Positions 1-13,997 of a stretch of 64,000 bases of DNA are shown one piece after another. The stretch spans positions 125,428,001 to 125,492,000 of the forward strand of contig NC_086097.1 in assembly GCF_963921235.1 (NCBI RefSeq), read 5' to 3'. Under the pieces are notes generated by a model. It searched no databases and had not been told where the DNA came from. It worked only from the letters and a program-made list of their open reading frames with translations. The stretch is from Mobula hypostoma. Its lineage: Eukaryota. The first letter of the stretch is position 1. Each line of letters starts with the position of its first letter. The translations under genes and the position numbers were made by a program.

Positions 1-552
1 CAGAAGTCAATACTCTTAAATTTCACTTCTGAAAAATTGATGGTGGCATTAAAACAAATGTGTTGCTTCTTATATTTCTGGCAGGAGACAAGGATGCTAA
101 AATGATAGCAAAGGAATTTGGGGAGATTTTATAACAAGGAACTCTGCAGATCATAGTTTTTATGGGCTTGGATGTACTGAGCTCTCATTTTTCACATGAC
201 TGGCCTGACATCAGGATGGGCAACTATGCAAAGATTCAAGTTACTTCTTGAATAGTCAGAGCATCAATGGTTATGGGGAGCAGGCAGGAGAATGGGGTTG
301 AGAGGAAAAATAAAATGTAGTGGTTAGCACAACCCATTACAGCACCAGCACAACCCGTTACAGTACCAGCAACCTGGATTCAATTCCCTCACATTTGTCT
401 GGATGGAGTTCAGCTGCCATTTTTCACCAAACCACTGGATGAGCTTTATTTATCACACGTACATCGAAAGATACAGCGGAATGCACAACAACCTAAAGAT
501 GTTGTAATGCCCTGCCACAGGTGGTGTAGAGACAAGTACATAAGAAACTAGA

Positions 553-840
553 ATGGTGTAGCGATTAGTGTGATGCTATTCCAGCTCGGGGTGTCCGAGT
601 TTGGAGTTCAGTTCCTGCTGCTGCCTGTAAGGAGTTTGCACATTCTCTCCGTGACTGAGCGGGTTTCCTCCGGGTGCCCCGGTTTTCTCCCACGTTCCAA
701 AGACGCACCGCTTGGTAGGTTAACTGGTCATTGTAAATTGTCCTGTGATTGGGCTAGGATTAAATCGGGGATTGTGGGCCAGCACGATTCAAAGGGTCAG
801 AGGGGCCTACTCTGCGCTCTCTCTCAATAAATAACATAAA
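553..840 (+). mobile_element. tRNA-derived V-SINE/HE1-like SINE
   Basis: Decayed tRNA-like head, V-domain core (GGAGTTTGCACATTCTC...GGGTTTCCTCCGGGTGC.CCGGTTTTCTCCCAC..TCCAAAGAC) and an A-rich tail. Related copies lie near 14845-15070(+), 57990-58205(+), 14000-14130(-), 26100-26220(-), 48590-48760(-) and 57420-57620(-). Confidence 0.75.
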
Positions 841-1898
841 ATCAGCGATTATGGAATGGTGGGCCAGACATGACGGACCGAATGGCCTAATTCTGCTCCT
901 CCATGCTATTGGCAAAGTAAAACAGTGAATCAGTGTTCTTCACTGATTGCTGGGGAAACAGTTCAGCAGTGTAAATTCAGAAAGTCACAATAAAGTCAAG
1001 CTACTTGTCTGAAACTCATTTCACACTGACTGTCACTAAACACTTCACTTGGGTTTACAGCTCCAGGTGAGAAAATTAGTTACCACATTTCCTCTCTGAC
1101 TGATGTTACCAGAGGTGTTAACTCACTTCAAATCCACTAACCCCTTTTAAAATGTATTGCACCCATTTTCCATACAAATGCATTATTACAATGTACAGCA
1201 CCTCTTTTCCCAGAAAAGTTACCAGTACATTTTTGTATGTGAAATGTTTTCAGAACCTGCCGTACGTTTAAGAGAATTAATGATTTCTAATTAATCTAAA
1301 GCCACACATCATATTAAACAGTTGGCTACTTAAGATTCAGTTAGCATGGCAACACATTTGTACTACTTTAAAATATATTCTTGCAACATGTATAAATATG
1401 CTCTTGGCTCAGTAGGCAAGAATGCCACTTGGAAAGTTGGATCCAATGCAGTATCTAGGTGTCCTGACCTTAAGCAATAAAACACGCTGAACATAGTATC
1501 TCGCTGTCTAATCTCCCATTGTGTTGCATATCCAGCACCACTTGTTCCTTGCTGACATTTATAATATTTATAAGCTGTTCCATTTTAAACAGTGCAACAG
1601 CCTTTCACACTGAAATATTTAGGTTTTAAATGCCAATCATAACAGTTAGCAGGACACCATTTCCAAACTTTGATTCCATTTTCCATCCAAGTTTGTGGAA
1701 TAAACCTTAGCTTGCAAGTCATCAGGACTTGTAGATGTATCACTTTTCAGTTCCATTAATTTCTCCAATACTAAATTTTCACTAACTTTTTTTTTGGAGT
1801 TCCTCAATCACAGGAGACCTGTAGCCTCCTCTAAAGATCCTGACCTGGACAGACTCCAGCCCGTACAGGCGAGGCAAGATGCATCACCGCTTCCCCAT

Positions 1899-1922
1899 CA
1901 CACACACACACACACACACGCA
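1899..1922. repeat. (CA)n microsatellite
   Basis: Directly visible CA run. Confidence 0.95.
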
Positions 1923-1928
1923 CTCAAT

Positions 1929-2410
1929 CAGTGGCCACTTTATTAGGTACAGCTGCTCATTATGCAAGTATCTAATCAGCCAATCATATGGCAGTAACTC
2001 AATGTATAAAAGCATGAATACATGGTCAAGAGGTTCAGTTGTTGTTCAGACCAAACATCAGAATGGAGAAGAAAGGTGATCTAAGTGACTTTGAACCTGA
2101 ATGATTGTTGGTGCCAGATGGGGTGGTCTGAGTATCTCAGAAACTGCTGATATCCTGGGATTTTCACACTCAACAGTCTCTAGAGTTTATGGAGAATGGT
2201 GTAAAAAACAAAAAAAACACCCAGTGAGTGGCATTTCTGTTGAGTGAAATGCTTTGTTAATGAGAGGAGAATGGCCAAACTGGTTCAAGCTGAAAGGAAG
2301 GTGACAGTAACTCAAATAACCACACGTTACAACAGTGGTGTGCAGAGGTTCATTTTTGAATGCACAACACTTCAAACCTTGAAGTGGATGGGCTACTACA
2401 GCAGAAGACT
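1929..2410 (+). mobile_element. Tc1-family non-autonomous DNA transposon, truncated by CR1
   Basis: Left TIR CAGTGGCCACTTTATTAGGTAC. Decayed Tc1 N-terminal HTH coding (M.KKGDLSDFE..MIVGAR.GGLSISETADILGFSHSTVSRVY.EW). Confidence 0.8.
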
Positions 2411-4602
2411 TAGGCGGCAGTGATCATAATATGATTGAATTCACACTGCAATTTGAGAGGGAGAAGCATAAGTCACATGTATCAGTATTGCAATAGAATA
2501 AAGGGAATTAGAGGCTTGAGAGAGGAGCTTGCTCAGGTGGATTGGAGGGGGATACTGGCGAGGATGACGGCAGAGCAGAGGTGGCTGAGGTTTCTGGGAA
2601 CAGTTCACAAACCACAGGATAGATATGTCGGACAGAAGAAGTTGTTCTCAAATGGCAGGGATTGGCAAACGTGGCTGACAAGGGAAGTTAAGGACTGCAT
2701 AAAAACCAAGGAAAGGGCATATAATGTAGCAAAACTAGAGTGGGAAGTTGGATGATTGGGAAGCTTTTAAAATCCAACAAAAGGCAACTAAAAATACTTT
2801 AAAAAGGAAAAGATGAAATATGAGGGCAAACTAGCCAATAATATAAAGCAGGATACAAACAATTTTTTCAGTTATATAAAGAGTAAAAGGGAGGTGAGAG
2901 TTGATACTGGACCACTGGAAAATAATGCTAATGAGGTAGTAATGGGGGACAAAGAAATGGTAGATAAATTTAATGAGCACTTTGCATCAGCCTTCAACGT
3001 GGAAGACACTAGCACTATCAGGGAGCAGGAGTGACTGCCATTGCTATTACAAAGGAAAAAATGCTAGGCAAACTCAAAGGTTTTAAGGTGGATAAGTTAC
3101 CTGGACCAGATGGACTATATCTCAGAGTCCCAAAAGAGGTTGCCAAAGAGATACCGGATGCATTAGTCATGACTTTTCAAGAACCATTTGATTCTGGCAT
3201 GATTCCCGGAGGACTAGGAAATTGTAAATGTCACTCCACTCTTTAAGAAGGGAGGAAGGCGAAATAAAGGACATTATAGGTCAGTTAGCCTAACCTCAGT
3301 GGTTGGGAAAGTGTTGGGAGTCTATTAGTGAAGATGAAATTTCTGGGCACTTGGAGACTACTGATAAATAAGTCAAAGTCACCATGGTTTTGTACAGGGA
3401 AATCTTGCCTGACAAATCTGTTAGAGTTCTTCGAGGATATAACAAGCAGAGTGGACAAAGGAGAGGCAGTGGATGTCATTTACTTCAAGTTTCAGAAGGT
3501 ATTCGATGAGATGCAACACATGAGTTTGCTTAACAAGAGAAAATCCTATGGTGTTAGGGGAAAAATACTGGCATGGATAGAAGAATGACTGACAGGCAGG
3601 AGGCAGGAGGCAGTGAGTGAGAATAAAGGGAGCCTTTTCTGGTTGGCTGCCAGTGACTAGTGGTGTTCCTCAGGGGTCAGTATTGAGACCACTACTTTTC
3701 ATAATGTTTGTCAATGATTTAAATAATGGAATTGATGGCTTTGTGGCAAAGTTTGCGGGTGATACGAAGATTGATAGAGGGGTAGGTGGTGCTGAGGAAG
3801 CAATGCGATTGTAGCAGGATTTAGACAAATTGGAAGACTGGGCAAAAATGTGGCAGATGGAATACAATGTTAGGAAATATATGATAATGCACTTTGGTAA
3901 AAGGAATAGTAGTGCACACTGTTTCTAAATGGGAAGAAATTCAAACATCAGAGGTACAGAGGGACAGGAATCCTTGTACAAGACTCTCAGAAGGTTAATT
4001 TACAGGTTGAGTCTGTGGTAAAGAAGGCAAATGCAATATTGGCATTTATTACAAGGAGAATAGAATACAAAAACAAGGAGATAATACTGAGGCTTTATAA
4101 GACACTGGTCAGTTCTCACTTGGAGTATTGTTAACAGTTTTGGGCCCTATATCTTAGAAAGGATGTGTTGTCATTGGAGAGAGTCCAGAGGAGGTTCATG
4201 AGAATGATTCTGGGAATGTAGGGGTTAACATATGAGGCGCATTTGGCAGCTTTGGGCCTGTGGGGGATCTCATTGAAACCTACCGTATGTTGAAAGGACT
4301 AGATAGGGTAGATGTGAAGAACATATTTCCCTTGGTGGGGGTATCCAGAACCAGGGAGCGCATCCTTGAAATTGAGGGGCAACCTTTTAGAACAGAGGTA
4401 AGGAGGAATATTTTAGCCAGAGAGTAGTGAATCTGTGGAACACTCTGCCACAGACTGTGGTGGAGGCCAAGTCCGTGGGTATACTTAAAGATGGAGGTTG
4501 ATAGTTTCCTGATTGCTCAGGGCATCAAAGGATATGACGAGAATGCAGGCATATAGGGTTGAGAGGAATCTGAGATCAGCCATGATGGAATGGCGGAGCA
4601 GG
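2411..4602 (+). mobile_element. CR1 LINE, 5'-truncated, frameshifted ORF2 (APE C-terminus plus RT)
   Basis: Fragments GGSDHNMIEF, KSCLTNLLEFFEDIT, VTSGVPQGSVL and AKFAGDTK, with many stops and frameshifts, followed by a CR1 3' UTR. Confidence 0.9.
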
Positions 4603-5863
4603 CCCAGTGACCTAATGCTGCTCCACTTAGATCCCCTCCAGTTCGCCTACCAGCCCCGACTAGGAGTTGAGTTTGCCATCATCTACTTGCTGAACCGTGT
4701 CTAAGCCCGCCTGGACAAGCCAGCCAGCACTGTGAGGGTCATGTTTTTTGACTTCTCCAGTGCATTCAATACCATCCGCCCTGCTCTGCTGGGGGAGAAG
4801 CTGACAGCGATGCAGGTGGATGCTTTCCTGGTGTCATGGATTCTTGATTACCTGACTGGCAGACCACAGAACGTGTGCTTGCAACACTGTGTGTCCGACA
4901 GAGTGATCAGCAGCACTGGGGCTCCACAGGGGACTGTCTTGTCTCCCTTTCTCTTCACCATTTACACCTCAGACTTCAACTACTGCACAGAGTCTTGTCA
5001 TCTTCAGAAGTTTTCGGATGACTCTGCCATAATTGGATGCATCAGCAAGGGAGATGAGGCTGAGTACAGGGCTACGGTAGGAAACTTTGTCACATGGTGT
5101 GAGCAGAATTATCTGCAGCTTAATGTGAAAAAGACTAAGGAGCTGGTGGTAGACCTGAGGAGAGCTAAGGTACCGGTGACCCCTGTTTCCATCCAGGGGG
5201 TCAGTGTGGACATGGTGGAGGACTACAGATACCTGGGGATACGAATTGACAATAAACTGGACTGGTCAAAGAACACTGAGGCTGTCAACAAGAAGGGTCA
5301 GAGCCGTCTCTATTTCCTGAGGAGACTGAGGTCCTTTAACATCTGCCGGACGATGCTGAGGATGTTCTACGAGTGTGTGGTGGCCAGTGCTATCATGTTT
5401 GCTGTTGTGTGCTGGGGCAGCAGGCTGAGAGTAGCAGACATCATCAGAATCAACAAACTCATTTGTAAAGCCAGTGATGTTGTGGGGATGGAACTGGACT
5501 CTCTGACGGTGGTGCCTGGAAAAAGGATGCTGTCCAAGTTGCATGCCATCTTGGACAATGTCTCCCATCCACTACATAATGTACTGAGTGAGCACAGGAG
5601 TACATTCAGCCAGAGACTCATTCCACCAAGATGCAACACAGAGCGTCATAGGGAGTCATCCTGCCTGTGGCCATCAAACTTTACAACTCCTCCCTTGGAG
5701 GGTCAGACACCCTGAGCCAATAGGCTGGTCCTGGACTTATTTCCTGGCATAATTTACATATTACTATTTAACTATTTATGGTTTTATTACTATTTATTAT
5801 TTATGGTGCAACTGTAACGAAAACCAATTCCCCCCAGGATCAATAAAGTATGACTATGACTAT
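4603..5863 (+). mobile_element. Rex1/Babar non-LTR retrotransposon, 5'-truncated; RT ORF 4732-5715
   Basis: Motifs LDPLQFAY, RVMFFDFSSAFNTI, GAPQGTVLSPFLF, QKFSDD and KKGQSRLYFLRRL. Ends in AATAAA followed by a (TATGAC)n tail. Confidence 0.88.
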
Positions 5864-5904
5864 TAGGTACCAAGCAAAAAGCATACAACCCAATGTTCTA
5901 TGGT

Positions 5905-6573
5905 TGGTGGTGCAATCGGCAATCGCCTCTGATCTGTGCCGACATTTACGTGCCGGGCAGCACCTAATTAATTAGCATGGTTATTTCGGCTTTTTTCTTA
6001 AAGATATGCTGGGTGCCTCCCGGCTACCGCTGCGTTCTTCACGGCAATGTATCGGGTCGGCAGCCCGGAGGGTGGGGGCCACTGCACCACCCAGCCTGCG
6101 ACGACTCAGCCTAACACACCATCATCAGTGTGCTCGGCGCTGTTTTCCCAATTCTGGTAAGTGATACTACACTGTACATACATTATTTCTACTTTATATA
6201 GGCTGTGTATTTTTACATGTTATTTGGTAGATTTGGCAGCTTCGTAGTTTGAAGGTTACTGGAGAGCGCGTTTATGCTAACAGCGCTTGCGTGAGATTTT
6301 CGCTACGGAGATCTGTGCAGGCAATCGTTGTAGAGAAGTATTTCTACTTTATATAGGCTGTGTATTTATCATATCATTCCTGCTTTTTCTATATGTTACT
6401 GTTATTTTAGGTTTTATGTGTTATTTGGCATGATTTGGTAGGTTATTTTTGGGTCTGCGAACGCTCACAAAATTTTCCCATATAAATAAATGGTAATTGC
6501 TTCTTCGCTTTACGACATTTCGGCTTACGAACCGTTTCATAGGAACGCTCTATAGGATGGTGGGGGAAACCTG
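5905..6573. mobile_element. TcMar/Tigger-like non-autonomous element (one end visible)
   Basis: Ends ...TTACGACATTTCGGCTTACGAAC...GGGGGAAACCTG+TA, the typical Tigger terminal pattern. Internal duplicated block TATTTCTACTTTATATAGGCTGTGTATTT. Confidence 0.55.
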
Positions 6574-7303
6574 TACTTAAACTTTTCTTTAAATGACTGA
6601 TTTCTGATGATTACACCAGAGCTAGCACACCCTATGAAGAGCTGAAGATCAGTGATAACATTGAAGGTACATGCATACATTGCTGTAAGCATCAGCTGCA
6701 CAATGCTATTATGGTTGTCACAAATTATTGTGGACCTCTGTTTATCTGCTGCTGAAACATTTATCCATGCCTTTGCCACTTACAGCTCCAGAAAATCCAC
6801 TTATCCAGAACTCTGGGCTTTATATTTATATATTTTACAGGTGATGGTCCCGTGTAGGGAGTTCCATTATTCAGCTAGTGTCCTCTGTTCAGCAGGCATT
6901 CATAATATACAGCTTATGGCCCACAGCCAGTCCAGAATGCAGATTGTTCAGGCATGTACTGGGGTCTCCTACACAATTGCAAGAACCAAGTTGATAATTT
7001 GGCTCATTTACTAGTGGGGAGTTTATCATTGCTCAATTGAGGCAAGCAATTTGGTTTTAGTTAGGTAAACTCTAGAACTAATTCAACGCCTCTTGGTTGC
7101 CCTAACTCTTCGAATAAGCAACATGGAGAATTTACATGTACAATGTCAGGTAGACAGTAATTTTTCAAATTGAAATTCATCCTGTAGCAAGAACTAAACT
7201 TGCAAAGGTAATGGCTGTTCCTTTATGGCTAAACTTAACCAGAGTAAAACAAGCTAAAACCAACATTAAGATCAAGGGAGCTTGTAAACTTAGTTACTCT
7301 TTG

Positions 7304-8696
7304 CAGACATCCCACCCTACAAAAACTCATTTCAGGGAGGTAGCACCCCCTCCCCCGCAGTCGACCTCCAAGGGTGTATGCAATACTTTGTTTAGTGATT
7401 TTGTCTAATCTGTAAACCAAGTTGGGTATATGCAGAAAATGTGACATTAAAATATGTACTTATATTATATTATATTATCATGTTTATTCTATTACAACTT
7501 TAAGAAAGTCTACAGGAGTTTGGCCTCATCACGTAGGACATCAATAGCGTAGCTCCTTAGCAGCCAGCCAGCTAGTTTAAATAACGTTAGCTATGCTAAT
7601 GAACAAATAACACCTGTTAAACTCACCTCAACGTGTCTTTTACAATTTAACCCACCATGGGCAATAGAAAAGTCACTGTTGCAAACAGTGCAGTGAGCAA
7701 CACTGTCATTATTTTTGAGGTCGACTGTAAAGCCCGCCCACAGAGAAAACTGATAGGTCTACTTAGCAGGGGTCCCCAACCTTTTTTGCACCGCAGACTG
7801 GTTTAATATTGACAATATTCTTGCGGACCGGCCGACCCGGGGGGGGGGGGTCATGGCTGGAATATAGGTGATAAGTCAACTATAAGTCACTTATAAGTGG
7901 CTAATACACTCAATTTCGTTTCTAAAAGGGTTTATCTAATGAATTTAATATTAAACACACAGTGCATATTTTCCTCGCATGAATATAGTGATAAGTCAAT
8001 TATAAGTCAACAGCATCATAACATTTTAAGTAACGTTTGGATATTAAACACACAGCACATATATGAACATATAAAATCGTTGCAACACACCAATATCACT
8101 GAACCAGTGGGAGCCCTGGGCTTGTTTCCCTGCAACAAGACAGTCCTATCGAGGGGTAATGAGAGACAGTGATACTCGAAGGGGGTTCCTTATGTCCAGT
8201 CTGTTCCGCAACTTAGTTTTCGTTGCATTCATTGCAGAAAACTCCGCTTCACAGAGATATGATGTTGGAAATGGAAGCAATGTTTTCAGTGCTTTCATGG
8301 CTGCCTCAGGATATTCAGCCTTCACTTTGATCCAGAATGCCGGCAGAGATGTTATGTCAAACATACTTTTCAGCCCATCGTCATTTGCAAACTCGAGGAG
8401 TTGACATGGATGACACGTGTGTAATGACATCGCGTGCGTTCAAATTCAACAGTGCATAACAGGGAATGAGGAAAGGTGCAGCTGACTCATATCGTTTCAT
8501 ATCGCCAAATCATATCGTTTCCTCGCGGCCCGGTGGTTGGGGACCACTCTTAGCACGAAGAGAGACCAATCAGGTTGCTCGCTCTCCCTCTCAAAAAATT
8601 CGTTTTTCGGGATATTGTATATAATTTCCGGGCGTCAGGGAGCCACTATCGCTATGTGGGAGACTCCTGGAACTTCCGAGAGAGGTGGGATGTCTG
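7304..8696. mobile_element. Non-autonomous DNA transposon with 13-bp TIR CAGACATCCCACC, host of a nested hAT
   Basis: CAGACATCCCACC at 7304 and GGTGGGATGTCTG ending at 8696. TCTTTG flanks both sides (7298-7303 and 8697-8702). Confidence 0.75.
7767..8548 (-). mobile_element. hAT (Charlie/Buster-like) deletion derivative with transposase C-terminal dimerisation fragment (8146-8400)
   Basis: TIRs CAGGGGTCCCCAACC and GGTTGGGGACCACT. Peptide FWIKVKAEYP..AMKALKTLLPFPTSYLCEAEFSAM..TKTKLRNRL. Partial TSD CTTAG. Confidence 0.85.
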
Positions 8697-9977
8697 TCTT
8701 TGATACACCATTTTCCATAAGAACGTTAATGCTCAATTATGTTGAAAAATACGCCACGAAAGCTAGTATGAGAAGGCATAATTTTAAGGTAAGTAGAGGA
8801 AAGTAGTAGGAAATATTGGGGTGGGGGGATATCAGAGCTAAGTGGTGGGTACTTGGAACACTTTGCCAAGTGTGGTGGTAGAGACAGATACATTAGGGGC
8901 ATTTAGGAAACTCTTAGATAGGCGCATGAGTGAGGGCTATGAGGAGGGAAAGGTTAGATTGAACTTAGAAAACATTAAAGGTTTGGCACAACATCATGGG
9001 CTGAATGGGCCTGCGCTGCACGATAATGTTCAAAGCTGGCTCGTGATGAATACAAGTCCTATTACATTGCACCCTCAGAATGAGCAGTGTCCTTTGACGA
9101 AAAGACAACCAACATGACAGATGATGGCCCTGTGAAGAAGACTAAGTCTCCGGGTATTACGCTCTTCAATTCATTTTTCACGCCATGCTGACTTCGAGCC
9201 CTGGTGCAGCATTCAATGTGGCTAGATAATTTCAAATTCTGACACTTGCCCTCCATCAGTCTCTGGTGGCCTTACATTCAGAAACCTTTACATTGAAGAT
9301 CTCCTCCTCTGCTTAGGGAGCCACGCGTGATTCTGTTTTTCCCTGCAGCTTTGTGCACCCTTCATGAAGAAGGGTTACAGGAGATCAACCGGTCATGTCT
9401 ACGACAAAGGATGTTTGTTGATAATGAGGGATAGATGTGCTGAATAATTGGTCAAATTTCAGTGGTGGCTAGACTAATAAAATGCAATCAAATATATCAA
9501 TGCGAATGAATTCTACAGAGTGAGTTAGTACGTACTGTGATATGTGGGAGTAGGGTTAAGAAAGCAAATTGCTGGTGATGAAGTGACATACATATCACAA
9601 TCAACTACTTTTGACAATGAGTTCAGGTGCCTGGGATCATTTTCCCATGGCTGTATATTGCAGCCTTTACTGACAGGCTTCTACAGGTCAGCTAGGAAGA
9701 CCAAGCTCTCTGCAGATCTTTGAGGTCAAACAGTCATAACAAGCAGACAGCCTTAATTCACCTCCAACTCCTCCATTCTAGTTACAGTGCAGCCAACTCA
9801 AGGATGCATCAATAGAGCATTGTGAAACAAAGAAACTACACTTGTGCCATATAAGGTAGTATTAAACCAAAGAAGGTTTTAACCAAAGCACACCCCCACC
9901 ATTTCTTAATGTTCTTATAGCTTTCATAATGCAAGCAATTGATTATTTTTTTAAATTCTGACATGCGGATATCTGAA

Positions 9978-10172
9978 TAACACACACAAAATGCTGGTGG
10001 ACCTCAGCAGATGAGACAGCACCTATGGAGAGGAATAAGCAGTTGACGTCTCAGCCCGAAATGTCAATTATTTATTCCCCTCCATTGATGCTGCCTGACC
10101 TGCTGAGTTCCTCCAGCATTGTGTGTGTGTTACCTTGGATTTCCAGTATCTGCAGAATCGCTTGCGTTTATG
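9978..10172. mobile_element. Inverted doublet of Penelope-derived terminal repeat
   Basis: A minus-strand copy to ~10049 is fused to a plus-strand copy at the hammerhead-motif region. Confidence 0.7.
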
Positions 10173-10473
10173 TGGCTATCCGATCTAGACTGAGAATATT
10201 GGGGCTACACAAAGTCATCGCACCAGTATTACATCCATGTACCCTGGTTGAACGTGAAACCCAGAACTAATCTGAAAATGCCATGGTTCAATTTAAAAAT
10301 CAGAGAAAGAAGTGTTTAGAAACTCAAGTGTTCCCTTGCACAGTTTCCTCCACCCCTCCTCAACGTGCACTGTGAAGCAGCCAAAAACACAGGCTTCATA
10401 CAAACTTGGCAGGATCAGATAATGAAAAGAATTTCCACAGATCAATGAAAGAAGGAACATGCAACATTTTTAC

Positions 10474-11076
10474 TGTAAAACCCTGGTTCATTTTTTTTAT
10501 GGTTATGCTGTTCTGTATTTGATTTTTGTGCTGTTCTCTGCAAACTGCTTGTTTGGGTTACTGTTGAAGATAAGAGATAGAATTGTGTGCCATCCAATTA
10601 GGGTGGCTGGATTAAGGGGAGGTTTCTCTGGTGAGGGACACTAAGGCTGGGCTTGGGGCTTTTGTTAAGGAGATGAAGAGAGAAGACACCAGAGAGAAGA
10701 GGTTGTAGGATTCGACCCGGAGTGGGGCTGTGATTCGATGAAGATTCGGTTGAGATCGAAGGAGGATCGGTGAAGGGGAAACCATGTGCTCCAACTTGTG
10801 CACATTAGACTGTTTCATTAAAATGGGCCCTTTCCTTTTTTTGTTCTTTCTTTACTAACCCTTTAGTCAAATTAAGAATTATAAACTAAATCTTTTAATT
10901 GTATGCAGTGTACTGTCTGTTACTTTGCGGCACTCATTTGTAACGGTAATGAATCAGGCAGCATCCACACAAACGGGTTTGGGGTTTGGGGTTTGGGCTG
11001 GACTCGTGCCTCAACCTCACACGTTTGGCGGGGCCGGAGATCGTCTTCCCTAGACTTACCGAACCAGAGTGTTTCA
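10474..11076 (+). mobile_element. Solo LTR (603 bp), Gypsy-like
   Basis: TG...CA termini (TGTAAAACCC...GTGTTTCA), perfect 4-bp TSD TTAC (10470-10473 and 11077-11080), and a CCAAT motif. Confidence 0.85.
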
Positions 11077-12679
11077 TTACCTTTTGTAAATCAACTACCC
11101 TACACAATCACTAATTCCCCTGCCTGTATCTTGTTAACAGTTCCAATTTCAGCAAGGGATTCATTTGATATTAGCCTTAACATTAACCAGACAATTATGC
11201 AAGAGCACCTGCATTTAACAAGCAGAACATCTGGAGTCCACTGGAATCCTTGCCCAGATTGAACTCTGTCCTGATGACATTGTGTCCTATTTATAAGTAA
11301 CTGTTGTGCACTCTAAATACTAACTGGTTTAGTCGGCTGAACAATCTCATAACAAATTACCAATGAATGACGGAAATCATTACCAAAATAATCTGATGGA
11401 AAGAGGGGAAAGGGAGAAGTGTGATAAAACAGAATAAAGAATAAAGCAAATGACAGTGAAGTAGGAAAGTTGTTCAAAAAGATGAAGGGAGTGTAACTGT
11501 GGAGCAGATGATGGGAAAGGATACTTCAATGGAAAAGAGGAAACACAAATAGGACCAAGAGCATATGGGGTAAACAGAAGGGATGGCAGTAGAAGGGGAA
11601 AAGATAATTGAATGCTTTAGAATGCTTTCCATTTTTCTCTGCTTCCTGTCACTAAGGAAATTTTGGGTTCAATTCCCTGTGCTGGACATCTTAAAATGCC
11701 TTGCTATAATGACTAAACAAGGAACAAAATGCTTAAAGGAGAAAGAGGGTAACATTTCCAGTGATTTGATAAAACAGACAAGTATTGGGGAAAAGAGACA
11801 GATTTTTTCTCAAAGCACCAATTGCTAACTAAAAATTAACTCACTGTCTCCATACAATAAAAAAATCAGCATCCTAAGATTGCCCAAATAGGGAATTACT
11901 ATATATTGAGTGTGCTTCAGCTGGTTTCACTCTTGCCAAATTATATCATGGTGTGATACTGTAAATCAGTACTTGAGCACGTTATCCATGACTTCAGGGC
12001 AGGGCACAAGTGAGGAAATATCACAATATGGGATAATCTTTTGCATCTAACAATAGCCCAGTTTATCTGTTGAGCTGTAAGTGCACATTCCCAAGATTAT
12101 CCCAAATCAGCACAATTTTTCGATTTTCAATGAACAAAAAAATGCAAAACAAAGATCTTGTTGATTAATTGTTTTGATTGTGGAACCTTGCCCATCACTG
12201 CATTTCAGAAGTAATCAGGCTAGAAATTACATTATAAACTTTAATAGCATGATGGAGTCGCCCAACGAATAGATGAAAATCACGAAGATTCCAAAGTTCA
12301 CATAACGTCAGGTTTCCCAGTATAACACTGCACCAAAACCCACATTATCATCTTTTTTAAATTATGCATTTTTGTTTTTCTGGATGTTGCTGAAAAGATA
12401 AATATTTGTTAGCCATTCCTCAGCAAAATCTGTGAAGATAATGAAGCACCATGAAGGTATTAGCACAATTATTGTTGGCAAAATTTCAGATGGTGATGAG
12501 GAGGCATATAGGGGTGAGACAGATCAGCAGGTTGTGTGGTGTCGCTACAACAGTCTTGCATTCAACGTCAGTAAGACCAAGGAATTGACACACTCAACAT
12601 TTTAGGAACAGCTTCTTCCTCTCCGCCATCAAATTTCTGAATGGACAATGAACCCATGAACTCTTTTTGCACTACTTAC

Positions 12680-12694
12680 ATATATATATATTAC

Positions 12695-12756
<62 letters not shown>

Positions 12757-12772
12757 ATTTATTTATTTATTA
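12680..12772. repeat. Compound (TA)n(TG)n(TTTA)n microsatellite within a Rex1/L2-like 3' tail
   Basis: Directly visible. Confidence 0.9.
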
Positions 12773-13345
12773 TTTCCTATAGTAATTTATAGTTTTTTCA
12801 CTATTATGTATTGCAATGTACTGCAGCCGCAAAACAACACATTTTATGACATATGCCAGCGATATTAAACATAATTCTGATTCAGTGTTATTGGGGAAGG
12901 AATTCCAGGATTTATATCCAGATAAAAAAAGGGAATGATCATGTATTTCTGAGTGAGGAATTGTGCGTAGTGATGCATAGCAAGTAGTGATGTTTCCATG
13001 CTCACTCTGTGCTTGTTCTTCTTGGTGGAAATGAGAGTAAGATGTTTGCCAGAAGGACTTTGTGAGATTGAATGGGATGGAGTGATATTGATGCACCTGA
13101 ATTTCGTGCAGAGGTCGATGTTAGTTATCTGCATTGTTTAATTTCTTCCATTCTAATGAAGCCATTTGATACAACATTACAGAGGGCGTTTAAGATTAGC
13201 TTTGTCACATGTACATTGAAACATATAGTGAAGAGTGTCATTTGCATCAAAGATCAACACAGTCTGAGTGCGTGCTTGGGGCAGCCCACAAGTGTCGCCA
13301 CGCTTCCGGCACCAACACAGCATGCCCACAACTTACAGACACTAA

Positions 13346-13997
13346 GAGGAGGAGAAGATGGCGGCGTGATGCAGCACGCAGTGGCCACTCCAGTGAATGA
13401 TATCTGTAATCTGTCAAGTAGGGTGCCATGCACAATCCTGATTTGATGGAGGCAGACGTGAGAGCACCGAGGAACATCTGGAGAAACTTCTAAAATGCCT
13501 TTTTCGCTGCCGCTGCTACTGTGTGATTCAGAATCTCCGGAGGAGAAGGCCCCACGTCCTCGGCTTTGCTTGTTGCTTGGCGGCCGGGGCAGGGTCGAAG
13601 CGCTCGGCAGAGATGGTGCTCGGTGTTGGAGGGCTGGTCAGAGGCTCGAAGTTTTCAGACGGACTCAGAGTCGGCTGTGGTCGGGTGCTTCCAACGCATC
13701 AGCAGTTGTCGGCGCCTGGAGGTTTATGGCAGGGAGAGTTTCTCCCTCTTGCCGCCTGCTATCGGGGACTATCGGGAGTCGATTAGAACTTTGAAACTTT
13801 TTTTTACCGTGCCCATGGTCTGCTCTTTATCAAATTATGGTATTGCTTTGCACTGCTGTATCTATATGTTATAATTACGTGGTCTTGTCAGTTTTTTTTT
13901 GTGATATCACTCTGGAGGAACATTGTATCATTTCTTAATGCATGCATTTCTAAATGACAATAAACGAGGACTGAGTGTCCTCATAATCTAATCTAAC
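13346..13997 (+). mobile_element. GC-rich non-autonomous retroposon
   Basis: Starts GAAGATGGCGGCG, has a CpG-rich body and ends AATAAA...(AATCT)n. No coding similarity recognised. Confidence 0.5.
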
